NCBI RefSeq assembly: GCF_009834535.1
Contig: NC_045696.1
Span: forward strand, 54,686,001 to 54,750,000
Origin: Camelus ferus
Taxonomy: Eukaryota
Direction of reading: 5' to 3'
Length of the DNA stretch: 64,000 nucleotides
Position numbers and translations under genes: made by a program
Part shown: positions 37,513 through 52,081 of the stretch, piece by piece
How the letters are laid out: each line of letters begins with the position of its first letter
How positions within the stretch are numbered: the first letter of the stretch is position 1
The notes under the pieces: model-generated
The model's input: the letters and a program-made list of their open reading frames with translations, nothing else
The model's database searches: none
Told to the model about the DNA's origin: nothing

Positions 37513-37624
37513 CTACCCAAAAAACCCATTGAATTGTACGCTTTAAATAGGTGAATTGTAAGATATGTGAAATAGGTATCAATAAAGCTTTGTACAAAGA
37601 AATTAAAATGAAAAAAAAACTAAA
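37513..37624 (+). mobile_element. Extremely 5'-truncated L1M 3' tail with perfect TSD
   Basis: CATTGAATTGTACGCTTTAAATAGGTGAATTGT...AATAAAGCT plus A-tail. A 13-bp TSD AAGAACCATGTTT lies at 37500-37512 and 37625-37637. Confidence 0.85.
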
Positions 37625-37699
37625 AAGAACCATGTTTGTAGAATTTATTTGGTTAGAGTTAGCAAAATGTAATAGAGAAGTAATCAGTAATCAATCTAC

Positions 37700-38003
37700 T
37701 GAAGTATTTCTTAAAGTGCGTTCTCAGAAACATCAGTCCCTTGGGATGCTTTGGAAAATTTTCCAATGGCTAAATAAGTTTGGAAAATACTGTGTAATAC
37801 AAAGTCCTATAGGAGATTTAAATCATGCATTAATATATTATAAGCTCTAAGAGGCCTCACCTCTAAGGAAACTAACATTTAGCTGAGCCCAAAGCCCAGA
37901 ATTTTTCCAAATGTCTTTGACCATGAAAGTTGTTTTCCTAGTAGTACCTATTAACCTATTACACAAAGAATGTTGTTTGAAACACACTTCAGAAATCGCT
38001 GGT
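37700..38003. mobile_element. hAT-Charlie non-autonomous element (Charlie4/Charlie18-like)
   Basis: AGTATTTCTTAAAGTGCG...AAATAAGTTTGGAAAATACTG...AACACACTTCAGAAATCGCTG inverted termini. Confidence 0.65.
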
Positions 38004-39142
38004 CTCTAGTACAGAGTGTGGCAGCCATATAATTATAGTGAACCTATAAAAGCAGAGTAACCTGAAACCTATTCTGCTGTCCATTCAGTCTGTCTATGCA
38101 GTCAGATAATTAAGCTGAGACAGATGGCTCACATCCAAGCAGATTAATGGGGAGAGACTGATGCTCAGACATTTTTTCAGTTCTAGATTTATGCATTCTA
38201 TTGATTTTACTGTTACTTGGAGAAAAACGTTAGCATACATGCACACACAGATACATATACGTGTAGTATATATGTGTATATATATACAAATAATTTAAGG
38301 GTACAAAAAAGTCAGCACTAAACACTTTGAGAACTTTCTCTCTGCAAAGGATTCTGTTGATAGAAGAATAGAACAGAAGACTTTTGTGTTTCAGAGTCCA
38401 GTGTGCAATAAAGAGGACGGTGGTAAAAAAAAAAAAAAAAAATTTCCCCAAACATGTTTCTCCTCAAATCTATCAACCTCTCAAACAAATAAAGAACACA
38501 AAGATGGAAACTTCAGCATAATCTGAAGTGATTGGATGTGATTTCAATTATTTTTTGAAGTCTATATTTCATCTAAGAGTAAGGTATGGTAAAAGAATGC
38601 AATAGATAAGAAGATTTTACTCGAATGGGAATTGCTAAGTAAATTTTGGTGTGGGAAAGCAGCTATAATACTGTCCAACATAAAATTTTTATTATTTTAT
38701 GTTACATAACAATTATATGGATTATCCACCATAGGCCTAAAAGTCAGCTGTAGAGTGAGAAGAATTCCCTTTCTGTTTTTTTAAGAAAATACGATCATTA
38801 TCTCAAGAGAGTTTGTAATCTAATTAGAAAGACAAGATATATGCCCATAAAACAGGTAACAACACAAGGGAGATATGATTAAGTGCCACGATAAATGACA
38901 AGTGATAAAGGTAGCAGGTGCTGTAAAAGGATTAGAGAAGAAATAAAGTTTCACTATTTTCACGGATATAAAACATCCTAAATTATAGAATCAACCTAAT
39001 TTAAGTGGATTTAACTTGTTTTGATTTTGCATGTGTAAGTCTTTATAGAATTGAGACTCTTCTCATCAGGTAGCCAGAGAGAAAAGAACAGGCACTTCTG
39101 TCCCTGGCATCTGCCAATGGCTCCTGCTGCAAATTAGATGAC

Positions 39143-39184
39143 TATATATATATATACACATACACACACAAACACACACACACA
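39143..39184. repeat. (TA)n(CA)n microsatellite
   Basis: Directly visible. Confidence 0.95.
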
Positions 39185-39860
39185 ATCACCTGATCTGCTA
39201 CACGATTTGTATTTGCAATGGGACTGAGTATTTTGAGAACCTCAGACTCAAGAAACAGAAAATACCTGGTCTCACTATCTAAACTTTCAGTCTGAGGTTT
39301 AACCATCCCTGAACAATCATGGCCCAGCACTTAAAATAAAGATCTATCTACACAAGCACAAATTGTAACAATAATACTTTGCATTTTTGAAACATCTTCT
39401 ATTGAAATAGCTCATTCTCAGCCCTGTTTACAAGGATTAATTTAACCTCACCAGAGAAAGATAATTTGCAAGGAACAGGTTACCTGTCTGGTTTGAGATA
39501 GCACAGTTCCTAAAGTCAGCATCAAGTACAGGATTTCTCACTCCTAGTGTAGTGCTTAGGCACAAGCAAAAACTACTTGAATTCCTTAATAAGTTTTACT
39601 TTCAAATACTGATGTACTATCATAATAAGTTATAGCATGTCATCAGTATAGATACAGAAAAATAATCCAAAAAAATCTTTTCTTATGAACTCTGTGTTTG
39701 TTATTACTATCATTCACAGTCTTTCAGGGGCTTTGGTAAAGTTTTTTCTGTGTCTCTGGATTCACTGACATGAAAATCACTATTTGAAGAGAATCACGTT
39801 CAAACGTGAAAAATGTTCAGTGACAGGATGAAAACACAAGCTCATAGGCTGACTTCTTCA

Positions 39861-39976
39861 TTAAAATGTGTCCTCTGGCTTATTAGTGAACGTAGTCATC
39901 ATCAGCTTATGGTAGACAACAATGGTGGGTGGGTCCGATAAAAATTTCGTAATATTTTCCCTCCGTAGTATCCCTG
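39861..39976 (-). CDS. Candidate alternative terminal exon (phase 1: xGILRRENITKFLSDPPTIVVYHKLMMTTFTNKPEDTF*)
   Basis: Minus strand reads ttctaat (branch point) ttttaattctcctggcttc cagcag, a NAGNAG acceptor. There are 6 CpGs in about 200 bp. No strong donor follows. Confidence 0.3.
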
Positions 39977-40254
39977 CTGGAAGCCAGGAGAATTAAAAAT
40001 TAGAAAGTCATGAAGCAGAAAGGCATGGGAGGGAAAAGCCAAGAGGGACTCTGACAATTATCCCTAGCACTTGGAAATTGTATCATTCACCTTCTTGTTT
40101 AATTAAATAAGTATTTTCCAAAATCAAGTGCACTACTAGGTGTAGAGACAGAATTCCTCAAAAAAGAAAGACAACCCCAAAATAAATAAGAGGTATAAAC
40201 ATATCCATTTATCCATGTATTCAATAATTCTGGAGTATCTATAACAGCACAGCC

Positions 40255-40940
40255 ACAGTTTTTAAAAGTAGTGATGTTTTTAAAGTATCAATGGAAACTC
40301 TGAAATTTGGGCTGGGGTAGTTTTTGGTTTTAGGACAAACTGGAGGAGCTCCTGGTATTTACTGGGTATTATCCAGAGACACCCTACATACTTCAATATT
40401 CAGGACAGTCTCAAAGAAGAACTGTTTCAATCCTGCATGACTTTCAAATATCCCACTGCACCATCAGGTGGGTAAGAAACTGGTTTATAACTGAGGTTAG
40501 AAACTATCTCCATACTGTATACACTGTATAAAAATGAATTACACAGTGCTAATAGACACTGAAATCTCTGAGCGCAAATACAGAAATCAAAGAAATATAC
40601 TTTTTGAGAATTTATCATTATGTGGTCACGATTTTAGAAAATCCCATCATCAATGGCTATGCCATGACATTTGAGTCAACAAAATAACACGCTGTATCCT
40701 ATTGTATGTGCCATGGCCAAGGCCTGGTGATGCCATGCTACATGTATACAGCTGCCTACTTCATCACATCTTCTCAAGACACATTTACATATTGAAATAC
40801 ATGGTATTTTATTGCAAATACATCTTTTTATTATATTTATTCAGTAACTTTAAAAATTATGTTTGTAAGTAGGTTATGTTATATCCTAATTCCAATTCAA
40901 GGTAATAAAGATGCATTTACATTTAGTTGTTATAAACACT
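40255..40940 (+). mobile_element. MER20B-like hAT-Charlie element
   Basis: AAGAACTGTTTCAATCCTGCATGACTTTCAAATATCCCACTG...GACATTTGAGTCAAC...TACATATTGAAATACAT. Confidence 0.7.
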
Positions 40941-43900
40941 ATCATATATTTTTATAATTAGTATTGTATGTTATTTTTCATAAATAATATTAAATATTAT
41001 CAAATAGGAGGTGAGCCTGTGCTATGCAGTAGAGGTAACAGTGGGTGGGATGGTCCTTGTCTTCACAATGCAGACAGTCTGGTTATTTTTTTAAAAAAGT
41101 AAGTGTCAATGCAATAAGCACACAAATCAACAGAAAAATTACAAACAGTCCTAAGTGTTCAAAGGAAAATAAGACCACAAATTGAAAAGAAAATAGCAGA
41201 GGAAGACCTAATTTGACAGGTATATAGTGTCAGGGAAAGCTCCTCTAACCAAAAAGACCCACAAGATGTCTAAAAGTTATCTAGGGGATACAGCCTAAGC
41301 AGAGGGCAGAGCATGGACAAATAAACACAATCACTAGGTACAAGGGAGAAGGCAATTAAACCAGATTAAAGGATCAGGAAACACACAGGAAGCAGCTTTT
41401 CCATGCCTCCAATTCTTCCATAATTCTTCCACCTCCCTAAGGGCATTTTCTTTAAAAGGGATTGAGATCTCTACTCAGAATCTATTTAATGGACCCCAAA
41501 TTTCTCCTGAGAAGGAAGAAATATAAAGTCTTGCCTAGAGTGTACGTGCTTTGCTTAAATGCCTTAAGATAGATTAAAGTATTCTAATAATTTCCCAAGG
41601 TGAATGCCATCTGCATTGACAAATTGGGATTTCCACTCTGTACTCCACATTTACCATGATCTTGCCTCAATACTGAAGCAAATGGCTTCTTGCCTAAGGG
41701 TTTAAAAATAACAAAGTCAAGCAATATGCACCCAAGGCTCCCCTTGGATCACTCAATCAAAGAAAATATTAAGTAGTGCTGTTTTCATAACTACCATTGT
41801 GGGGACACTCCAGTATTAAGAGAGAGAATGCAAGGCTAATTCCTATTCTCATAACGCAATGCAGTGGAGAAAAGGCACTGAGGAGGATTTGTCTCATAAA
41901 CTACAAATATACAGGAGGTGACTCCAATCAAACACCACAAAGCTTCTTTATAAGAAGTGTTTACATGAAAAGAAGCCATGTAGTTCTTGAGGCCAGTTAT
42001 CTCCCTTTTTGTAATCCCCCACACACGTTGGGTGGAGGCATGGGGAAAACGCAATCCACTGAACACCTATCCATCAATCTCCTTCTTAAATGAAGTAATT
42101 CAAGAAAATGAAGGGTATCATTCAGTAATAGCCTTCCCCCACCCCCTTTTTTTTTTCTACTTTTATTTTTAACAGAAGCAGAAGGAAATATATCCTTATC
42201 TGATTCTGGGTTGGAAAGAGTCTTTAGAGAAAGACATGACTAGCTCTGACATATGTGACACAGAAACCAGTTGAGGAGGGGAGCCTGTTCCCTACACCCC
42301 CTTTGCTGCCATTATCTTCCAAGTGAAAACATTCCTTTTCACCTAATAGGTCAAGAAAACAATTAGAACCTTGACCTCTTCCTTTGGAAAGACTGCCAAT
42401 CTTCAAAAATTAACCCTCTGAGACAAGGAATTACTATCTCACTTTCCAACTTGAAAAGAAGGTTCATGGTAGACTTTAAAACAGTAATTTTGAGTTGTGT
42501 ATCATGTAAGTATTGGAAAAATCTTTAAATTGACTGTAATCCACGTCAGGAATGTGTTTTGGAAAATACTCAAGAACTAAAAATACATAAATCCTTCTGT
42601 TTCAATAGAACCTCCACAAAATGTGTTTACTCATGTTCAGAAACTGTTGCCTCGTGTTTAACATTTGTGAAATGGAAAGTGTAAACTCCAAAGTTCTAAT
42701 CTATAACCCCAATATAGGATCCAGCCATATCAATAAGAGCTCACAGACACCTGTAAATCCCAGGAGGAAAATTAATTTCACTAAACTTTAAGAGTTTCCA
42801 CAATCACCCTTAAGTTGAATGTAAAGATAGTTCTGTGAATCTATGAACAACATGTCAGCGTCAATCTACTGCTGCTTACTTAGAAAGCCTCTGGGCTTGA
42901 AAGCTTTTATTCTCTATGCAGAATCTTGATAGTATTTTTAAATTCTAGGTTATAATGTTCCTAGACTGTGTTTTTGTTGGAAATTCTACATTTGGATTAG
43001 ATATTGTATCTAGTGAAACGAAAGTTAGAATGCAGATGTTGGGATTAAGTTACAGATTATGTGGTCCATAGGCTGGTAATGAATAAAGGCCAAGAGAGAA
43101 GAGGATTCATGCTTCAGGTTAACAAGACCTCCAACCCACACTGGCCTCCTAAAATCACTGACCTAGAGCCTTTCTTTGGGAGCAATCTGGTAGAATTTGA
43201 GAGCTCTATCTGCTTTGCCTCCTGATGTATCCTTTGCCACATACAAAGCTGTTACAAGTGAAATCTTGCTAACACCATGAGCCCAGATGTTTTCTATTTG
43301 CTGTCCCATGAACCTAGAGGGCTCTTGGTCTCTCACACTGCAAACGTGCATTATTCTAGAAAGAGTCCTAATATTCACATGACTTGGGGAGGATCATTAC
43401 CTGAAGAGAGGACATAATAAAATGCTCTATAAAATCCAGCTTCTCTTGGCCATTCCACTCCTCCTTAGAAACCTCCTCGTTAAAACTGGTGAAATGGATG
43501 TCGCTCTCTGTTCCCGTAGATTTTCATTTTATGTTCAGCCAGTCACATCATCATGAATATGTGCTCATACACCTCGTCAATCTAAACATTCCAAGTGCAC
43601 CCCCACATCCAAGGCCCTTCAATACACCTGACAGCATTCTTTGAGCGGCTCTGTTAATTCACATTTCTCTTTGTTTGATGATCCCAGGGACTTTTCTGCC
43701 CTAGCTCCAGGCAGTTATGTCTGCGATGCCTGCAATACAAGCATATCCTTAAGGCTAAATAAAATTGAAAAGCAGCTGCTAAAGATTTGCTGAAATGTTG
43801 TGAAAGTGCCTGCATAACTCATTTCCGGAAATGAATATGTTAAAACCCATTATAAATGCATACAGAAATCTAAAGTACCAGCTCTCTGATCACATTATAC

Positions 43901-46249
43901 TGTGAATTTTAGATAATGCCCACAAATGTGCTGCAGATTGACATATTTTTCCAATCTTCAGATTGATTTGATGCTTAGGAGAGACATGAATAATGCTTAA
44001 AGACTCCTCCCACAAGGATTAACCTTATAGGGTCTGGACAATGATGAGACATGGCTTTAAAATAAACTTCTTGCCCAGTGCCTCAGAGAAGTCACTGTTG
44101 GAATCAGAGTCAAAAAGATGGGTAAATTGTTGTCTGCTGGGATGCTTCCACGAGAAAATGTAGCACCTACTAATATGAGCATTCCAACATGTTTCTTCTT
44201 CAATATTTAATGTTTTCAAAAGGAAAGAAGAGAAAATTAAATTCCCAAGTCCCTTCCTGAAACTGCTAGAGATGCAGCTGTGGCTAATATATTTTTAACA
44301 AAATACTGTAAAAAATCATCAGCTAACCCCTGAGACAACAAAGTATACTTTGGTTACATAACAACAGAAACAAGTAAGAAAAATATCTGAAGATCCTCAT
44401 CTTCATATTAAAAGCAGATCCATCACTTCTTAAATAATTACCATAGATTTATTCTATGGGATGTCTATTTCTAAGGATAACACGGCTTGTTGTCCTGGAA
44501 TTGATGCCCTATCTAGGGACCAATTTTATTCAATATTTTCAGTGATCATCCTGGGAAATCAACAAAGAACCTTGAAGAAGTTATTAAATACATTCTAGTG
44601 TCCTGAAATACTATCCCTGTTCAACAGATGGTAAATGTGTTCAGAGGTCCGAGTTGCAGTCATTCAGGAATTGCTGTATGTCAATCATTCTGCTCCAGGA
44701 GCAACTGCACTGTTAAGATATGCAGGAGATCATGGGCCTCAGCTCAGCCTTCACAATCACCCAGACTGACAAGTCAGCCTAGAAGCACTTGGGTCTGCAG
44801 GAAATCTAGCAAAAGAGAAACTTTGTGAGGGGCACATACTGAAAACAATCCTGAATTCAGCTTTAGTCTAAGCACAGTTTGCATTATTAGAAAACCAAAT
44901 AAAGAAAGTATGAACACTTTTTAGGGATGCATCTGGGTACTACAGATCATTCATTTACAAATATGCATTTCAGCAACAGTTTACAATTTACTCATAATGA
45001 TGCTACTCTAACTCTATAGCAAGTAGAACACATCCTACTTCCAGAATATATTTATCAGCATCATTTCTCAGAGAACTGAGACCAATATTAATGAGTTCCC
45101 AGCATAGAAATTCCAAAAGCATCGAAGTTCTTATTCCTGAACTTCGGCTCAGCCATCTGAACAAGGGACAGAGGCAAACCCACAGGCGGTTGCTCCATGG
45201 TGTGCATTTTCGGGGAGAAGGGGGGAGACAGGAGGGAGCAGACATGAGAAAGAAGAGGAAAAATATGCAAAGCAAGGATGTAGCTGAGTACCACAGCTCT
45301 TGAGAGAAAAAAAAAGAAAGAAAGATTAAGTCCTTTAGAAACATTGCATTCTGATAGCTAAGCAAACAAGCAAAAAGCCTAAGGCAGGATGTATGATGTG
45401 AAAGAAAAATGAAGGAAGGACAAACGAACATTAGTTTGTCTACACTTCTTTGCCTGATAGGTTACTACACCCTTTCATCCACACAACCATTCGGGGGAGG
45501 AAGGTGCTACAGGTAAGGTGTTAGTAGGGCCTTCTTGTGAAACAGAGGAGCTTAGTATATAAGTAACTTGGTGAAAGACCACACCTGGAGAACGATTTAT
45601 CAAAGGAGATGGAGACTTTGAAATCCACCCTCATCCCACCATGCCTTGCTTCCTCTTGATAGCACTGGTGATGTAATGGCAACAGCTCTAGTGGGCATTC
45701 ATCAGCAGCAGATAAAACAAGTGTTGAAGTACTGAACTCCCCTTCCAGGCTTTCTCCTTGCTCCCAGTCCCACCTCTTACAGCAATTATCAAGTCACCGA
45801 CAATAAACTCCTCAGATCTTCAGATGTGTGTTTAAAAATCATCATTCTCATCTAATCCAATTACATGCAATCCAATCTAATCCAGAAATTGAGATAATCC
45901 GCCCACATACTCAATAGTAATCAGAGGACTGGGATTTACCTTCAAGTCTCCCAATTATTAGTACAATATTTTGTCCACACTTCAAATTGAAGAAAGGATT
46001 AGAACCAAGCATAGCTGGATGCTACACCCAGATGTGGGGCAGCACTAAGGAATGGAGCAGGGAGATGGCTTTGTTTTTATACTGTCCATATTAGGAGCAC
46101 AATGAAACAGAAAATTTAAAGAACTTACTAAATTTACTCAGGGAATAAATTGGTGGCAGATGGCTCAAATTCATATGCTATGACAAACTATTACACTATG
46201 ATATTATGCTACAAGCACTAAACTACTTAATCCTTATCAATTTGGAGAG

Positions 46250-48430
46250 TTCATTCTCTTTAATAGCAAAAATGTTTTAAATCACTGCTGTCTATATTTC
46301 AAATTTTAAGTTTATTTATAGTTTCCTGTTTTTTATTATGAGGTTTGAATATGTACATGTGTAGTGGTCAAATATTTTATTCTTTTTAAAATTCTGATTT
46401 AGTATTTTATCACAGTATTTTTTACTTTAAACTTTTCCCCCTATTTTTATTGCTCTGGAAATCTTTCCATGTCACAAAAGCCACTATTTTTCCCATTTTT
46501 TTTAATATTTAAATTCCTATTTCATTTGAAATTCATTTGCTATAAAATGGGGGACTAACTTTTTTTTTTCCCCAAATGGTCACACAATGATCCTTGAATG
46601 ACAAAGCAATTTGAATGGTTTTGTATTTCCTCATGGATCCCTAATGCCAGTTAAGTAATCTTGGAGAAATCACAGGATATTCAGTTTCCTCACCTGCAAA
46701 TGCAGATTAACAAAAGTATCTCACAGAGCTTCTCTGAGAAGTAAATGAGTTAACACACATGAAGCTTAGAACATGGCCTGTGCCATGACATGTCCAGTAT
46801 CATACGAGGTCTATCATCTTTTCTCACCCTCAACCATGGATTTAATTAATTTTAGAATAATTGTGGAAAGATCAAGAAACTATTTGTAAATTTGGTTGGA
46901 AAAGGCACAAGATTTGCAAAATAAGTTGGAAACTACTGACACATTTATAGGATTCATGGAACAGTGACTTACCTCCAGTTGTAAAAACAAAGATGTATGT
47001 CTCACACTACAGTTTGTAATTCATGTAAATGATGCTAATCCTGTACAGTCTATCACCATAATCAAAAATATATTCTATTTTTCTTTATATATATTGCCTG
47101 GGTTTTTTGTCATGTTGAAAAAGTACTGCTTTTTAAGTGTCTATTTTATTTAAATAGTCAAATATCAAAAATATTTTATTAATTCTAAACAATCTTTTAT
47201 AGTTGACTTTTCTTAGGTTTTCCATGTACACAGTCATCTTTTATGAAATAGAGATCATTTTGTCTCTTCGTTTCCAGTAGTCCCAGCCTCTGTATCTTAC
47301 TAGCTAAAATCTGGAAGACATCAAACAAAATTTCTCATAGTAAACCCCTTCACCTTATTTCTTATTTAATAAAAATGTTTCTAGGTTTTCACTATTAAGA
47401 GTGATATTAGTCATTGATTTTCCTTGCAAGAAAATGTAAAGAGTTTAATAATAACATTGCTTTAAATGACATCAAGTAACATTGAGATTTGACAAGGTAA
47501 ACAGTTTTCTTTAACCAACTAAGAAAAATTTTCCACATTAAATTGTGCATGCATTCCTAGAACAAATACTTCTAATTATATCCTCCATTTATATATTGGT
47601 GAATTTGATTTGTTTTATTTAGAATTTTTGTAACTTTGTAGTTTTTGTTGTTATTTTGGGGTTTTGTTGTATGTTGTGGTTTTTTTGTTTGTTTGTTTGG
47701 TTTTTTGCTATTTGTAAAGTTTTGGAATCCCGAATGGCATCATCACTATCTAATTTTATAACAATACGTAGAAGTGTTTGTTTTACCCAGAATTTTATTT
47801 TTCTGGGCTTTTAAAAAGTTAATATGAGAATTAACTTTACCTTAGCATTTTCAATTAAACTGCCTATAAAACCATGCAGAGCAAGAACTTATTGAAAGAG
47901 GATTATTTGGTATTTTCTTATTTTTTTCAATATTTATCATTTAATCTTTTAGTGAATTTTGATAATTACAGTTTCCTAATAACTCATCCAATTTATTAGG
48001 ATTTAAAATGTATCCAAATGGGATCTACAAAGCAAATTTTACTTTGCTATTAATCTTCTCCTTATCAATATTTGTAGCCCCTTTATCATTATAATGTTGC
48101 ATATTTTGTTTTCTATTTTTAATTAAACTTCCCAGACATTTGTCCATTATGGTGAATTTATCCAAAGATTTTCTATATTATGTTTCTGTTTTCAATTAAT
48201 TTATGCTGTCATTTTATTATCTTTCCTTCTGTTTTTCAGTTTGTATTCAAAATGTATAAAATATTTTAATGCAATAGTATAATTTAATGCATTTTTATAA
48301 AAGTAATGTTACCCAGTTATTTCATTTTAATTAAATTTGGTTTGAAAGTGAATATAAATCATTTTAATTTAAATACGTTAAAGTTCCAATTCTGCCACTG
48401 AGTATGAATTGTAATTTCTAGTTCATTTAG
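46250..48430 (-). mobile_element. Highly degraded old L1 (L1ME-like) tract, interrupted by a MIR near 46.65-46.8 kb
   Basis: Very T-rich tract with L1-antisense remnants (TTAGGTTTTCCATGTACACAGTCATC; AGGTTTTCACTATTAAGAGTGATATTAG). Confidence 0.6.
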
Positions 48431-51265
48431 TATTTGAAAAAATAGAGTCATAGAGCCTTCAAAAATGTTTAACAAATAGATTTCAAAAGACTATAGGCTC
48501 CAGCTGCGAATCTGGGGAAGTCAGGAAAATTTCAGAAAATACCATCTGCTGATACTTTTTTCAAGCAGGAGGGCAGCTGAAAAGGTATTTTTAAGATCAT
48601 GTTATCTTTAGTTCCGACTCTGCAATAAATGTCAAAATAACCAGCTCGTTTTCAGTTTTACAAATGAATAAAAACATCAGAAAATGTAGATTATCTACTT
48701 CTAAAATCCCAAAGGTGGTGGGCCTTGAGTAGTCATTTCTTCAATGCCTTCATTTTTTTTGCATGAAGAAGTTGTAGCCTAAGTAACTGAAGATATTAAC
48801 ATTCAGTCATTCATCCATCCATCCAGATACACTCAGTGTGGCCAGTGTGTTAGAAACCATGCTGGAACTGGGGCAGGGAGGATGTGGAGGCTAAGATAAA
48901 AAGCACGTGACCGTTGAATTCTAGGAGAACCCAATGTGGAGAGTCTAGCAGAACCACAGGCACAATACTCTCACAACACTCATCATCCTGTTTGATATTC
49001 TTGACTGTATCTATTTCTATATGAAATTACGTTACTCATTTGCTTACTTCATCTAACCCTACACTTTCTATGGTGAGCCGCAGAAAGGAAACAGGAATCT
49101 CTTTCACTACCAAATATCCCAAGTATAGAACATTTCCTGGCACAGAGCAACAGCTCAACAAATGTTTGCTGAATTAATACATGAAGCTATCTGTTGGTCT
49201 TGGAGGCTACATGGAGGCTAGTTGCACTGGTAAGTTTGAAGTTGAATAAAATTACCACCAAAACTGGATGGGGATGTTTGATAGAGGACATATCATTAGC
49301 ATGGAAGGCTGTCAGTACTGCTGTAGTTTAAAGAGGGTAAGAAAGTGGGAGGAAAGAGGCTAGAAGACAAGGGGCATCACATGTCCAATCTAGAGTGCTG
49401 CCTTTATCCTCCCATCTATTCAATAATTTTTTTAAGAGGTGAAATAGATGGATGTGAGTTTTAGAAAAATCACTTAGGTCCCTGTTTGAGGAATGAACTG
49501 GGAGAGAATGTAAGGTCACACTGATGGTTACTGGTGGAGCTGAAGCTGGAATATCTTCCACTGCACACTGTCTCATTTCACAGGATCACACTTTTCAATT
49601 TAGACTGAAAACAAGAGACAGCCATTCATTTGATCAGTTAAGGGCCCAATTTTGTGAGATTCCTGGAGGTTTATCTGTCAGACTGCCTAGAAAGGCAAAA
49701 GGAAACTACTATAACTAATAGGTGTCAGTGCTCAGATCCCAGATGTTTACTGTCTTAACGATAAAAGGCTTGTTAACAGTAAGTATGGAGGTTACAGATA
49801 AGAAGCTGATCAGTCCTGTTGTCTCTACATGGCACTTCTCTTTGAGCTAACTGTTCTTTAAATCTTATTTTGTTAAAATAATTGTATTTACTTTTGAAGA
49901 AAGATAACACATACAAACTGGCCTTTAACAGTTGAAATGATTTTTATGTCTAAGATTTGTTTGTTTGGCAGGATTTTGGGGTGGGGAGACTAAGGAATAT
50001 CTTCCTAATACACAACGAAAATGTATAACCCATTGAATTGGAGATGGTGCCTTTATAAGCCTCTGCTTTAATTAGTTTTTAATTTATACCCATCCTCATC
50101 TAAAAGGATTTACAAAGCTTTATATGTCAATTAGTTTTGGTAACTAAAAAATAATCAATATTCATTCAGTTTTCTATTGCAGTTATAAATTTCTTCTCAG
50201 AACATAACAACATCCATATAAAGCAGAAAAATCTGACACAATATGAATCTCTATAAATCCTATTTGGCTGTCTTCCAAATTTCACTTTCTCATGTAGCCA
50301 GTTAAAATCAACCCAAATGGAATGGCTGAGCTTCATTTAAGTTAGCTTAGGGTTGATTTTTTTAATGGAATTGTAGAATTTGTTAAAGAATTATATTTTA
50401 ATATACTAGTGTTTTGAGAAAAAGAACATTGGATTACTGTCTCACACACTAGTGACTTAACTGAGTGAACTATATTTAGTAAGAAAAAAATATTTGAAAT
50501 ACAAACAAGAACAAAAGTAACTCCAAGATTTTCATTAAAGGGCAATAATTTCTTCAATACCTTGATTTTTTCAATTTTACTAAATCAGTGTTTTTAAATA
50601 TATAGATCATTTTGCATATTACACTGCTTAATAATTATCTGCTAAAATAGGTATCTCCATTACCAACAGACTGTGAGCTCCCTGAGGACAGAAGTTTGGT
50701 CCAGTGTTTGTCTAGCACTGAGTGCAATGTCTTGAACATAGATGGCACTCAGTGTTAGTTGACAAATAATTTCAAGCACAGAAAATGCAGTTGCTCTCCT
50801 AACATTTCAGCACTGGAAGAGACCATCAGAATTATCTAGTCTAACTCCACTATCTTACTAAGAAAGGAATTTCTGCAGAAAAACTGGTACCTTTTTGATA
50901 AGCTCCTCAAGTCTCCCGACTCTGATTCCAATGTTTTAGTTTAAAACATTTGATATTTGAGCATTTTTCACCTGATACCTAAAAATCAGTTTCAAAATAT
51001 GATATATACCAATTCAATTCAACGTCCAGATATCAGGGACCAGGTATCAAAAGTCCAAATTTCCACAGTATAGGGAAATTTAACCACCAACTCAGCAGTA
51101 TATGTCCTGCTTTTAACAGTCCCTCTTGTGTTTCTGTGAGAACACCATAGCCTCTAAGTCACTTGCAAAATTATGGAGATAACAGAATGAGAACTCTTTC
51201 TTAGACTTCTTATATAAGATCATAACTTGAAAATAAAGTTCCCCTTTGAATAAGATCAAAAGAGA

Positions 51266-51672
51266 TGTGCAAAACAGACTGCTACTTACCAAAATGTTTC
51301 CTCTTCTTCCTAGGAAACAGGCTGACTACATTTCCCAGTGTTCATTACATGGGGTAGAACCATGTGATTTACTTCTACTCAATGAAATATGATCAGAAGT
51401 GATGCATAGCACTTCCAGGATTCACTATCAATTTGTCCCTTGCTTACTCATTCTTTTTTTTTATGGATACAACTCCTGGGGCAATCTTTTAAGTCATGTG
51501 TTAAGGTTGTCAGAAATATCAGCAGCCTGGGTCCCCAACAACTGTAAGGATCAGAGGCTTCCTGGTGACCTGAAACTCCCTTGGACTATGAGACACATAC
51601 TCCTATTGTATTCAACCTCTCCTACATTGTGGGGAAGGGCTATGGTTATTTGTTACAGCACCTAGTGTTAAC
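51266..51672. mobile_element. MLT1 (H/I-like) solo LTR
   Basis: GACTACATTTCCCAG...GCAGCCTGGGTCCC...TTTGTTACAGCACCTAG. Confidence 0.7.
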
Positions 51673-51884
51673 TTTTATCTCCAATTTCTCTGATGGAGGA
51701 AATTTTAGTATTCCTTTTTGCTAGAAAACTTCCAACATCTGGACTGCAGTGAAGAAAGACTGATCCACACCAACTTTCTTTTACATTTTCTAGCAGATAC
51801 ATGAAGATCTAGCACAGGGGAGTCTTCATTGAGCATCACCACCATGAGCTAATTAATTGAGGTCTTGTGCCTCATCCCAAAGGG

Positions 51885-52081
51885 CAGTGGTTCTCAAACT
51901 TTAGCTGTCAGCAGAATCACCTTGCAGTATTGTTAAACCAGGTAAGTGGAACTACTGGGCTTTTCCTTCATAGTTTGACTTCATAAGGTCTCAGGTGGAG
52001 CCTGATGATTTGCATTCACAACAGGTTCCCAGATGGCATCTTTGCCACTGATCCAGGCACCACACTTTAAGAACTTTAGCC
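51885..52081 (-). mobile_element. MER5A-like hAT-Charlie MITE
   Basis: CAGTGGTTCTCAAACTTTAGC...CAGAATCACC...TTTGCATT...ACCACACTTTAAGAAC. Confidence 0.85.

Noticed and set aside
45003..45431. 142-aa hydrophobic ORF (minus strand)
   Set aside because: The F/L/S bias comes from a purine-rich low-complexity plus strand, and no family is recognisable.
46960..47045. Strong GAG|GTAAGT donor on the minus strand
   Set aside because: It lies inside a degraded L1 tract with no convincing acceptor.
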